Of a stretch of DNA of 64,000 nt, positions 1 through 9,897 are shown in pieces. Source of the DNA: Leptogorgia sarmentosa (lineage: Eukaryota); contig OZ210886.1 in NCBI GenBank assembly GCA_964658305.1, forward strand, positions 930,001 through 994,000, read 5' to 3'. How positions within the stretch are numbered: the stretch's first letter is position 1; every line of letters begins with the position of its first letter. A model generated the notes under the pieces. It made no database searches, was not told the DNA's origin, and saw only the letters and a list, made by a program, of their open reading frames with translations. The position numbers and the translations under genes are program-made.

Positions 1-1616
1 CCTCTTTAAGAAGCCGAAAATGAATATCCAAATATTGGTCAACACTTGGAAATGGCTTCTTAACAATATTTTCTCTTAGGAATGGTTTTCCTTTCTTGAA
101 AATATCTTCGGCCGTCGGAAATACACTTAACTTTCGGAAATCATCTGGTGGCTGATTTTCAGACTCTCCCTTTTCACGGATTCCTTTTTTCACAAGTTCG
201 CATTTGCTGGTCAAATCCTTCAACAGATTGTCGACAGAAGACTCTATCAGAACATTTCTGTTCTCTTTCAAGCAACTAACCGCACTTTGCAGTTGATGGA
301 GTGGGACACAAGAATAGAGATGAGGGATCCGTTTTAATGACATACTGAGGATTTTACAAATATGTTCCAACATGGAAGATACATCTGGGTCTGTGAGGCA
401 CTCCTTCCGAGTCTCAAGTTCTACAATAAATTTTCCCAATATGGACCAGAAGCGTACCTTGTTAAGAATGCCGAGAATTGTGTTTAAATGAGTGAGTATT
501 CTTGATTGGCATACTTTATAGATCGTATGTATGATCAACTTCATCAGATCATATCTTATCTCATTTTCTTGTAATAATGCTTCAAAACGTTCAAGTTGTG
601 TCTTTTCAGACAACTTTGATGAAGTTTCTTCTGGAGGAACCTGGTCGTCGCAGAGCTGCTTGAGATATGAATAGCACAAAGGTTTGGGAGATGTTGTTTC
701 ACTTGTTGTATGACTTTGATTATATATATTTCGACTCATAGTTTCCCCAGTTTTGAATGGTGTAAAGAATTGTCGACCGCTTTCCTGGATTGTACATGGT
801 TGGGTCCTACCAATGGGCAAACAACTAAACTGTTTAGGGTTGTTCTTCTGATTATTGCATGGTTTCGTTTCAATTCCGAATTCTTCTGAGCACCTGATAT
901 CTCGGATATTCCTGACATTTGCTTCTGATTGATACACAAGTGGAAATAGATTTTGTGGTGTCGTTGGAGAAATATTTCGATCGTTATTACATAATCTTTT
1001 TCTAACATTGTTGTTTTGATCATGGTAAACCCTTTTACCGTTATTGTTTATTTGAAATGATAAGTTAGGTTCTATACAGGGAAATAAGAATTTCGTTTTC
1101 ACAAAAAAGGAGATAGATTTAGTTGCATGATCGCGACCAGGGCTGTCGCTAGGTTAGTTGGGGGAAACAAGGTGAGGATCGAAGACGTGAGGCATACCCC
1201 CGGAAAAATGTTTGATTTTTGGGTTCTCTAAAACGCTATTTTTGATCTTAAAACATTTTTAGCATTGTTAGGCAGGTATACGAGAATTGATTGGTTTGGC
1301 AGCCCGCATTGAGGTGCGAATTGTCGATAAAGATCATTTCGTGTAACATTAGCTTTATAATTTCTCATTGTGCATTTCAAGAATTTTGCATGGGTACTTG
1401 TTAAACAGTACTAGGATTGTGAGATTTTTTTAAGCTACCTCGTGGGAAACGATGATCCAATGTATTGACTGGAGCCGAGGTCTGTAAACTCACACGGCGT
1501 CGATTATTAAACTTCTTTGACCGGCGTTTCTTACATTTCTTTGACCTCTTCCTTGACTGTTCTATAAACTCTCTTAAGTCGTTTTGAAAGTCTTTCGACA
1601 TGTTATTCTTTGACAT
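1..1616 (-). CDS. ZNFX1: ZNFX1-like (NFX1-type zinc finger-containing helicase), 5' part; continues beyond the left edge
   Basis: Exon 1 is 1616-1439 (MSKNNMSK...HRFPR, phase-1 GT donor). Exon 2 starts at 1071 after a TAG acceptor and is open to base 1. It ends ...QPPDDFRKLSVFPTAEDIFKKGKPFLRENIVKKPFPSVDQYLDIHFRLLKE, the ZNFX1 motif that follows the N-terminal helical/ARM region. It is absent from the ORF track, probably because there is no stop codon in the window. Confidence 0.85.
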
Positions 1617-1688
1617 TTTTCATCAATCCAGGCGAGAGACTGTAATGTATGAATGTAAAAAGACATGTAATTTATATGCATAAATGTT

Positions 1689-1745
1689 ATACAGGGTATC
1701 CCCCAAAAGTACTCTCTGAGAAATGAGTTCTTTTTTTGTCAAACA
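1689..1745 (+). mobile_element. Tc1/mariner-type terminal repeat remnant
   Basis: ta-cagggtatcccccaaaagtactctctgagaaatgagttcttttt is similar to 32859-32910 (ta-cagggtgtccccaaaaagaccctctacagaaatcactcttttt). TA followed by CAGGGTGTCC is typical of Tc1/mariner ends. The opposite end was not found. Confidence 0.45.
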
Positions 1746-2146
1746 TGCGTTGTTAGAATTGAATTGAATAGTGCATGAACGACAAAAGTATTTATAACAA
1801 CACTTGTTTGTGCTGCAGTTCGTTTCGTTCAAGCTAATTTCAATTTCCAGAGAGTGTAAATAACCCGCAACAAAGGAATGATTTCTATAGAGGTTACTTT
1901 GTTTAGGACACTCTGTAGAAACAGTTTTGGCTAAAAATGTTGTGATGAACGGAAAATATTGTGTTATTTGCGGAAATTGCTGCCACATTTAATCCGAATT
2001 TCTTTTTGGGTTTAAATTTCGTTTTTATTATTTAGTTAAAAAGTTAGTCTATAGTTATTGGAATTGTCTATTGAGAATTTCCCACACTTTGCTGGCTCAT
2101 CAAGTTAAAACCCGATGCAGTATGGTGCGTTGGTACGTACATACAC

Positions 2147-2310
2147 CTGCCTCGCACCCAGGCGTCTCCAAATGGTTGACATTACACCATCATTACACCG
2201 AACGGTTGATATTACATGAAGTACTGTCACGGATGGCCCCCCCCAATATCCCTTTCGCGCATCATGCAAATTACGCGCGTCGTCTTTGAGAGCGTCTGGG
2301 TACGAGGCAG
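2147..2310. mobile_element. ~164 bp MITE-like element with terminal inverted repeats
   Basis: Left end ctgcctcgcacccaggcgtctc; right end gagagcgtctgggtacgaggcag (reverse complement ctgcctcgtacccagacgctctc). Not seen upstream of the paralogous copy. Confidence 0.7.
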
Positions 2311-2505
2311 TACGTAGTACGTACACGGAACTTTTCCTACGGTTATTTACAGTATATCCCACCAGTGTTTCGCCTCAGCTTGTAGCGCAATGAATGGTTT
2401 TCAAACGACAAATTTTCCCGATATATCATCGCTTTTGCTCATGCTCGCCCCATGATGCTTAGTATCTCCCTGGTATAGTGATGCAGTGTAATTAAAAACA
2501 ATAGT

Positions 2506-2517
2506 GAAAGTGAAACA
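2506..2517 (+). promoter_or_regulatory. Candidate IRF-E/ISRE motif upstream of ZNFX1 copy 1
   Basis: GAAAGTGAAACA matches GAAANNGAAA. A partial site AAAGTGAAAC lies at 2850-2859. Confidence 0.4.
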
Positions 2518-2822
2518 TGCAGTGTAACCTAAAACTCGAGAGTTGAAGTGTAGAATAACCACAATTACCATATAAGGTCAAAACACTGTAAAGTAGAAGG
2601 GAATGTTTAAATATATCTTTTTTCACTCCTTGTGGTGAATGTTGTGGTATGTACGCGGCACTGAGCACAAGTAGAGTTAGTATACGCATCACGATTTGAA
2701 AGCGGTTACCTGCAGAGGCACTGTGCAGGCCAACGAAGTCCGATTTGCACAGTTTACGTGCAGCACGGATACAGCGAGAGGTCTTCACACTCTATTGTGG
2801 GGGCTATCATCAGGAACTCAAA

Positions 2823-3757
2823 GTATGAAAATACCGGGGCTAAACATATAAAGTGAAACGTGCACTTCACTTCAGTACTGTCATCTTATGTTTATAACAA
2901 CAGTGTCAACTCAGTTTAATAAAGTAACGCTAATAGCATTCAGAAACTGAACGACTCCTGAAATTAATGAATATTGAGACTAAGCGTCTAAGCTTTATTT
3001 CGACAACAGTTTAAACAAGTAAAATATGCTAAGAATGTCTGTCTCGGATTCGCACACAAGCCTACTGTATTTTATATTAAATTCATATACTAAAAGTAAA
3101 GAACGCATATTGTAACCTTTCCATATTGTACTTACTTTCAATAAATTTCTGGGGACGGTCTCTAAGACAGGAGAAACATCATACTGTATACGACGTCTAC
3201 ATGTCTGAACAGCTTCTTCTGAGCATAATCACAAGTGACATCAGAATTTTCCAGAACTAACATTCCAAGAAGCGCACATTAGTTCCCAGTCTTATTGTAA
3301 TGTGAGCCAATCCCGTTCGCAGGGCACGAACGGGAATGCTCTGGGAAACGGAACCAGCACTGTGAAAAATAAGTTAGCCACCTAAAAATGCGTGACAAAA
3401 ATAGCTCGCAACTCTTGCGGTGCTGTGAAATTTGCCGTTAAAACGACCGAGTGTTTTATTCAGGAGAAAACAAGTACAACTCGTGTAACAGCAAGTATTT
3501 AAACTATATTACAACTAGCACGTCTTAACGTTCATACATGTTCTGTTCAGATTTTATGTTCAGTTTTCCTAGAATTAAAAGTAACAAATACTGTACCTTC
3601 TGTAAAGTAATTACAGAATATTTATTTCTGCTGGTTTAAACAGAAAGATTCAGAGACGATAGTCGATAGAGAAGTCCTCAAGACGAACTACAAATGAATT
3701 ATGATTAAAATACAGTTAAAAAGATATTGGCATGGTGTTCCCTAATGTCTGTGTAAA
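2823..3757. repeat. Duplicated noncoding segment, copy A (ZNFX1 upstream region plus ASNS 3' flank/UTR)
   Basis: Direct repeat of 5942-6804. Near-identical between ~3390-3757 and ~6460-6804 (e.g. gtacaactcgtgtaacagcaagtatttaaactatattacaa). Confidence 0.9.
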
Positions 3758-3911
3758 TATCAGCTGCTTTGGTTTAGTATTTGTTAGAGAAATGAAGGTT
3801 TTTATTTATTTTATTACGAATGGGTTTCCTTTCTTGAAAATATCTTCGGCTGTCGGAAATACACTTAACTTTCGGAAATCATTTGGTGGCTGAGTTTCAG
3901 ACTCTCTCTTT

Positions 3912-5321
3912 TCACGGATTCCTTTTTTCACAAGTTCGCATTCGCATTTCCTTCAACAGATTGTCGACAGAAGACTCTATCAGAACATTTCTGTTCTCTT
4001 CCAAGCAACTAACCGCACTTTGCAGTTGATGGAGTGGGACACAAGAATAGAGATGAGGGATCAGTTTTAATGACATACTGAGGATTTTACAAATATGTTC
4101 TAACATGGAAAATACGTCTGGGTCTGTGAGGCACTCCTTTCGTGTCTCAAGTTCTACAATAAATTTTTCCAATTTGGACCAGAAGCCTACCTTGTTAAGA
4201 ATGTTGAGAGTTGTGTTTAAATGAGTAGGTATTCTTGATTGGCATACTTTATAGATCGTATGTATGATCACCTTCATCAGATCATATCTTATCTCATTTT
4301 CTAGTAATAATGCTTCAAAACTTTCAAGTTGTGTCTTTTTAGACAATGTCGATGAAGCTTTTTCTGGAGAAACCCGGTCGTCACAGAGCTGCTTGAGATA
4401 TAAATAGCACAAAGGTTTGGGGGATGTTGTTGTATGATTTTGATTGTATATAATTTGAATGGGTAAACTACTAAACTGTTTAAGGTTGTTCTTCTGATTA
4501 TTGCATGGTTTCGTTTCAATTCGGAATTTTCCTGAGCACCTGATATCTAGATTTTGTGGTGTCGTTGGAGACATAGTTTGATAATAACCACATAATCTTT
4601 TTGTGACTTCATTGTTTTTGTTTTGATCTTGGTAAACCCTTTTACCGTTGTTGTTTATTTGAAATGACAAGTTCAGTTCTACAAAGAAATAAGAATTTTG
4701 TTTTGACTGACAAAAAAGTCTAATTGAAGGCTCAGGACTTGAGACTGAAGGACAACGAGAGAATTGAGTAGAAACACCAATGAGAAACACTCATTGTAGA
4801 ACCATGCATTTTTCCTTGAACCGAGGCGCCTATACTGTAGCATTGCTATATGGTTTTTCCACGGCGCCTAAGCTAGGAAGCAACGACGTTCCCGGATACG
4901 GGGAACGACCATAAACTAGAATAGTGTTAGATATTCAGTCAGTATAGCATATTTCATTATTTCCGCATAAATGTTTTCGCATTTATGAACGTGGACGTCT
5001 TGTTCTTTATATAATGGTATATTTATATAATATACTGTATATGTCCTTTATATCTTAAATTTGAGTATAGTATAGGAATAGAACTTGTTAAACGGCCAGT
5101 GCATGCATGCTAGAATTATTGAGATATTGATTTTTAACTGAAAATGATTCAGTGAGTACAGCTACAGTACCTTGATGATGGATGGGACGATGATCCAGTG
5201 TAGTGTCTGGAGCCGAGGTCAGTAAAACAACACGTCGTTCAATCTTACCCTTAGACTGTTTTTCCAACTTGTTTCTCAAGTCGTTAATCGATAAGTTTTT
5301 CGACATGGTTTTCTTTGACAT
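3912..5321 (-). pseudogene. Truncated tandem duplicate of the ZNFX1-like gene (N-terminal region only, 305 aa if spliced); pseudogene or short paralog
   Basis: Exons 5321-5171 and 4678-3912 with the same phase-1 intron as copy 1 (918 nt, in frame). Clearly similar to 1-1616. A net -5 nt indel near 3940-3950 shifts frame to TGA at 3912-3914. Homology continues out of frame (PPNDFRKLSVFPTAEDIF) and stops at ~3814. Confidence 0.8.
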
Positions 5322-5775
5322 AATTCATCAATCCATAGGTAAGAAACTACAAGAATGACAGGAATGTAGGCTAGGGATCCAAGGATGGTGCAAAGTTTCT
5401 AAGAAGACATTAAAATGATAATTTTTTAAAAGAAAACTAACTAAAGGAAACATTGTTGATGTGATATGATAGCTAAAATAATCAATATTTTATTGTCAGA
5501 AAGCAACTGGCAATCGCAGCAGCGCGCGTGTTACGTAAAGGCAAATCAGATGAATTTCTGACCTTTGATCGTACTGAACAAATGATCTTAAATGAGTGCA
5601 GGCTACTTCTGCGTCGTAATAAAATATTCAGTTTATTCACAGTATCATTGGGCTTCCTTCTTTGATCACATTTCTCATCTAACTAACTTTCGTATCCATA
5701 TGAACAACTGCAAATAATTATGAACAATGATATATCACTTTGTTCAAACATTGCAAGGGTATCTGTCAACTACAG

Positions 5776-5787
5776 AGTTTCACTTTC
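5776..5787 (-). promoter_or_regulatory. Candidate ISRE upstream of the truncated ZNFX1 copy
   Basis: AGTTTCACTTTC matches the ISRE core AGTTTCNNTTTC. A second site GAAACTGAAA lies at 6040-6049. Confidence 0.45.
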
Positions 5788-5941
5788 ATCCTCAGTACCT
5801 CGAACCAGTACCTCGCGAGGAAAATGATCCCAAAATAAATTTGTGCGGGCGGGAGCTCTTTTCGCTTTATGCACCCGGAAGCCACTGGTGTGAGGAATAC
5901 AACTTTGATAATAGTTAGTTCAAAACAAGGAAATCGAACGG

Positions 5942-6804
5942 GTATGAAAATACTATAGCTAAACATTTAAACGCCATTGAGTCAACACTGTTATCTTATA
6001 TTAGAGTGTCTACTTTTAACGTCACGCCAATAGCGTTCAGAAACTGAAAAACTCCTGAAAATCTGAACTTCAGTTAAACTAAGACGTCTTATTTCAACAG
6101 TTTAAACAACTAAATATTCCTAAGAATGTCATCATACTTTGATTTGCACACTAGCCTAACTTCAAGCAATGATGAAAACACAGTTGTAATTTTTCCATGT
6201 ACTTACTTTTCTCTTTCAATAAGGATGGTCTCTGAGAAGGAGAAACATCATACTGCATACGACGTCTACATGTCTGAACAGCTTCTCAGTTCTGAGCATA
6301 ATTTAGTCACATCGGAATTTTCCATAACAAACAATCCAGGAAGCACACATTGGTTCCCAGGCTTAATTAACATGAACAATGTGAATCGATACCATTTCAG
6401 AGAACGACCGGGAATGCTATATCTGGGAACTGTCTGTCAAATAGGTTAGCTACCAAAAATGCGCGACAAAAATAACTCGCAACTCTTGCGGTGCTGTGAA
6501 ATTTGCCCTTTAAAACGAACGTGTGTTTTATTCAGGAGAAAAAAAAAGAGTACAACTCGTGTAACAGCAAGTATTTAAACTATATTACAATTAGCACGTC
6601 TTAACGTTCATACATGTTCTGTTCAGATTTTTTGTTCAGTTTTCCTAGAATTAAAAGTAACAAATACTGTACCTTCTGTAAAGTAATTACAGAATATTTA
6701 CTTCTGCTGGTTTAAACAGAAAGATTCAGAGACGCACTACAAATGAATTATGATTAAAATACAGTTAAAAAGAAATTGGCAGTGTTCCCTAATGTCTGTG
6801 TAAA
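5942..6804. repeat. Duplicated noncoding segment, copy B (directly downstream of ASNS)
   Basis: Direct repeat of 2823-3757. Contains a minus-strand AATAAA at 6527-6532, with its counterpart at 3455-3460. Confidence 0.9.
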
Positions 6805-6976
6805 GTTTTTAATTTCTGCTTCGGAAATACTCAAATTCCCAGAAAAGCTGAATTTAAATGCATGAGAAATATTCATTGTCAGAAAAAACCCTTATCATAT
6901 GTTTATAGTAGTCTTAATGTTCACATAAAAATGATTTAACCCTAGACCAAAATAGATAATGTCTCATGCGCTCACT

Positions 6977-8638
6977 TTATTCTTGAGTGTAATGCGCCAG
7001 CGTACGCGCAGACGGATCCTGGCTTTCGGACCATTTGGGTAACCACATATAAGGAATCAAATGACTCTGACCAGGGTATTTATTCTCAAAAATTTTGCGG
7101 TAGTAATACGCTTCCTTGGTCTTGGGAGAGTTGAATGGATATCGGTCTGCTGCCGTCTCCAACTTAATATCACTCACAACGCGTTTGCAGTGCCTCTGGA
7201 TAATCTCGTACCAAGATTCGCCAGCTTTGGTGGATGATACGCCATCACTAAAGGCTTCTTTAGGTCGCCAAAGGATTTCTTTTGGAAGCAAATTTTCACC
7301 GTCAAACGCAGAACGCAGAAGGTATTTCTCGACGTTATCATGAGGTTGACGTATGGAGGGTGTTAACGAAAGAAAATAAGATGTGAATGCAACGTCAAGG
7401 AACGGAACTCGGATTTCCAAGCCATGAGCAGCAGTGGAACGATCACCACGCAGAACATCGTAGAGGTAAAGGTCGTCAAGAAGACGTTTCGATTCAACAT
7501 CGGCTTCCTCGGCAGACGGAGCTTTGTGAAAATAGATATAGCCTTGTGCCAGTTCATCAGAACCTTCGCCAGAGAATATCACCACCGTATCAGTCTTCTC
7601 GCGAATGTATTTGCTGATCAAATACATTCCAACCGAAGCCCTCACTGTAGTGATATCATAACTTTCCAAGTACTCTATGACATCAGGGATGGCGGCCAGA
7701 CCTTCTTCTGGAGTGAAAACCAATTCGTGGTGTTCTGTTTTGAGATAATCAGCGACCTTTCTGGCGGCAGCAAGATCTGTGCTACCAGTCATTCCAACAG
7801 AAAACGTCTGAATAGGATAAGATATACCAGCTTCACGTGCAAGCTTAACCAACACAGCAGCAACAAGACTAGAATCCAGGCCTCCAGACAAAAGACATCC
7901 TATACGTCGATCAGACATAAGTCGTTTACGAACAGCTTCAGTAAAAAATGCACGAATGTTCTCTTTAACGTCACTTTTCACTTTCACTGAGAAATCAAAT
8001 TCTGGTATCTTGGTCAGGCTTGTGTATGGACCCATCTTCTTTATCGTTGCTATTCCATCATCATTAAAAGATAAACTTGCATGATGGCCAGGAAGAAAAG
8101 GTTGGATGACAGATTTGATACCTTCCAAATCTTTCTGCAACTTCAACAAACCTTTAACTTCAGAACAGATTGCTAAACACTGATCTCCACTCTTCAACAT
8201 AAACATCGGTCGAATGCCATAAGTATCGCGGCCAAGGTGGATTTCCTTCTTTGCGGTGTCCACGACAACAAACGCAAAGACTCCGTCCATCATTTGCGCC
8301 GTCTTCTCGCCTCCAAATTCGTTGTACAAATGCAGGATAACTTCTCCATCGCACTTGGTGTGGTACTTAAAACCATACTGCTTTCCCAATGCTTTGTGGT
8401 TATAAATCTCCCCATTGTAGATGACATAGATATGAGGAAGGGAAAACACTCGCATCGGTTGCATTCCATAGACGCTGTCGACAACTGCAAGGCGATGAAA
8501 AGCCAAACAAGAGTTACCGAAATTTGGTATACTCTCTAGGCGAAAGCAATCAGGACCGCGGTGTGCAATCTTTAAGGCGCAGTTAAAATAGTCCGAGATA
8601 TCCTCAGATGTTCCAAATATTGCCCAAATACCACACAT
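6977..8638 (-). CDS. ASNS: Asparagine synthetase [glutamine-hydrolysing], 553 aa, single coding exon
   Basis: N-terminal MCGIWA (Ntn-amidotransferase Cys2), HRGPD, FHRLAVVD, YNGEIYNH, CLLSGGLDSSLV, SGEGSDEL, LEIRVPFLD, RPKEAFSDG, DPSARTL. The sequence is animal-type. A likely 5' UTR intron has an acceptor at 8669-8668 and candidate donors near 9730 or 9793. Confidence 0.97.
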   Translation of the reverse strand: MCGIWAIFGTSEDISDYFNCALKIAHRGPDCFRLESIPNFGNSCLAFHRLAVVDSVYGMQPMRVFSLPHIYVIYNGEIYNHKALGKQYGFKYHTKCDGEVILHLYNEFGGEKTAQMMDGVFAFVVVDTAKKEIHLGRDTYGIRPMFMLKSGDQCLAICSEVKGLLKLQKDLEGIKSVIQPFLPGHHASLSFNDDGIATIKKMGPYTSLTKIPEFDFSVKVKSDVKENIRAFFTEAVRKRLMSDRRIGCLLSGGLDSSLVAAVLVKLAREAGISYPIQTFSVGMTGSTDLAAARKVADYLKTEHHELVFTPEEGLAAIPDVIEYLESYDITTVRASVGMYLISKYIREKTDTVVIFSGEGSDELAQGYIYFHKAPSAEEADVESKRLLDDLYLYDVLRGDRSTAAHGLEIRVPFLDVAFTSYFLSLTPSIRQPHDNVEKYLLRSAFDGENLLPKEILWRPKEAFSDGVSSTKAGESWYEIIQRHCKRVVSDIKLETAADRYPFNSPKTKEAYYYRKIFENKYPGQSHLIPYMWLPKWSESQDPSARTLAHYTQE

Positions 8639-9811
8639 CTTGCTTCACTTTGGTAAAGTTAGGAAACCTGAAACGTTTATTTTATAGTACATTAACATTT
8701 GAATTAGAGAGAGGCAACAGCTACTGTAATTGGTTCAACACTACACAACCATTTATCTTCCACAGCGGTGTGCTTGAAGTGTCCAAAATTACATGCTGCT
8801 CTGCCATTGCCATTAGGCAACATTCTTGCCAGGGATGCATTTTTTCTTTACGCTGGCAAAGCGAGGCTTTAAATGCCCCTAGTAATGCACTACCATAACC
8901 CATGCACTAGACAAGGTCATTGACTTGCTGGCAAGCTAAGATTGTAAAATTTACTAAAATTGGTTTACTAACAGAAGACAAGGTTTTTGTTTTGTCAAGT
9001 TTGACAATGAAGATGTTTGTGAATGGTGATGCAGAAACAGTATCATGATCGGGCTGAAGGAATTAAGGTTGAAGTAAAACTTGCTCTAACAAAAGAACAA
9101 AGCAAAGCAGGCTCATGAGATAGCTGGCTATCAAGGTGTTGGTCATGGAATGGTTGGTGCATTGTTCGGGTATGGTGTCCCTATGGCTGGCTACGGTCAA
9201 TATTCAAACCCCACCCTCCTTTAAAATGGCTACATATTCAGCAGAACATAGGGGGTTGGGAGAGCCCCCCCCCCCCCCCCCACTTTGACATATATCAACA
9301 ATTTTAAATTATGAATTAATGAATTATTTGTCTCTCTTAAAAAAGTCAAATATCTTTGTAATTTGATATTAGGCTTCTTCAACATGACATTATATCACAT
9401 GTTTTGACAATATATATTTATAACATATAACAATTTCACAATAGATACTGTTGCACAAAGTTAGCTCACGTCTACTTAGAGAAGAACAGGAGACATACAC
9501 ACTGACTACAAGTACATTTAGAATATACCAAAGAATATATTGCAACAGGCCAACAACATACAATGCACTCCATGTACGAAAGAATGACTCAAGCACATTA
9601 TTTTAACATGACACGTGTACAGATCATAAACAAAGAATGTAAAGGTGTTTCATCTTACATCGCTGATAAACAAGAACTAAGATATCACTGCAAACCCAAC
9701 AGTACGATAGAAATGAGAATAATATTTTACCTGATTTCGCTATATTTCTTTCAGGCTGAAAGTATTAGTATTCGATAGTACACCTTCGATTACCTGGTGC
9801 ATGCAGTAGGC

Positions 9812-9897
9812 TTATGCAATGCTGCGAGTTGACCAATGATCAGTTCCGTTACCTGATGCAATACCATATGTAACGAGCCGTGTCAATGTCTCATTGG
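9812..9897. promoter_or_regulatory. Candidate ASNS proximal promoter: C/EBP-ATF (amino acid response) element between two CCAAT boxes
   Basis: TGATGCAAT at 9854-9862, TTATGCAAT at 9812-9820, CCAAT at 9833-9837 and ATTGG at 9893-9897, all just upstream of the candidate first-exon donors. Confidence 0.6.

Noticed and set aside
736..1023. 95-aa ORF and its paralog at 4301-4519
   Set aside because: Alternate frames of ZNFX1 exon 2. Their similarity reflects the DNA duplication.
1623..2788. ORFs of 72-121 aa upstream of ZNFX1
   Set aside because: No recognisable motifs, and several overlap transposon remnants.
7424..7990. 188-aa plus-strand ORF
   Set aside because: Antisense shadow of the ASNS coding sequence.
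6977..8638. Bacterial origin or contamination for the intronless ASNS
   Set aside because: The protein is animal-type (MCGIWA, GRDTYG.RP) and sits among spliced genes with a likely UTR intron.
9265..9281. Poly-C runs (also ~19111-19127) as G-quadruplex elements
   Set aside because: Simple homopolymers, at least one inside an interspersed repeat. No evidence of function.
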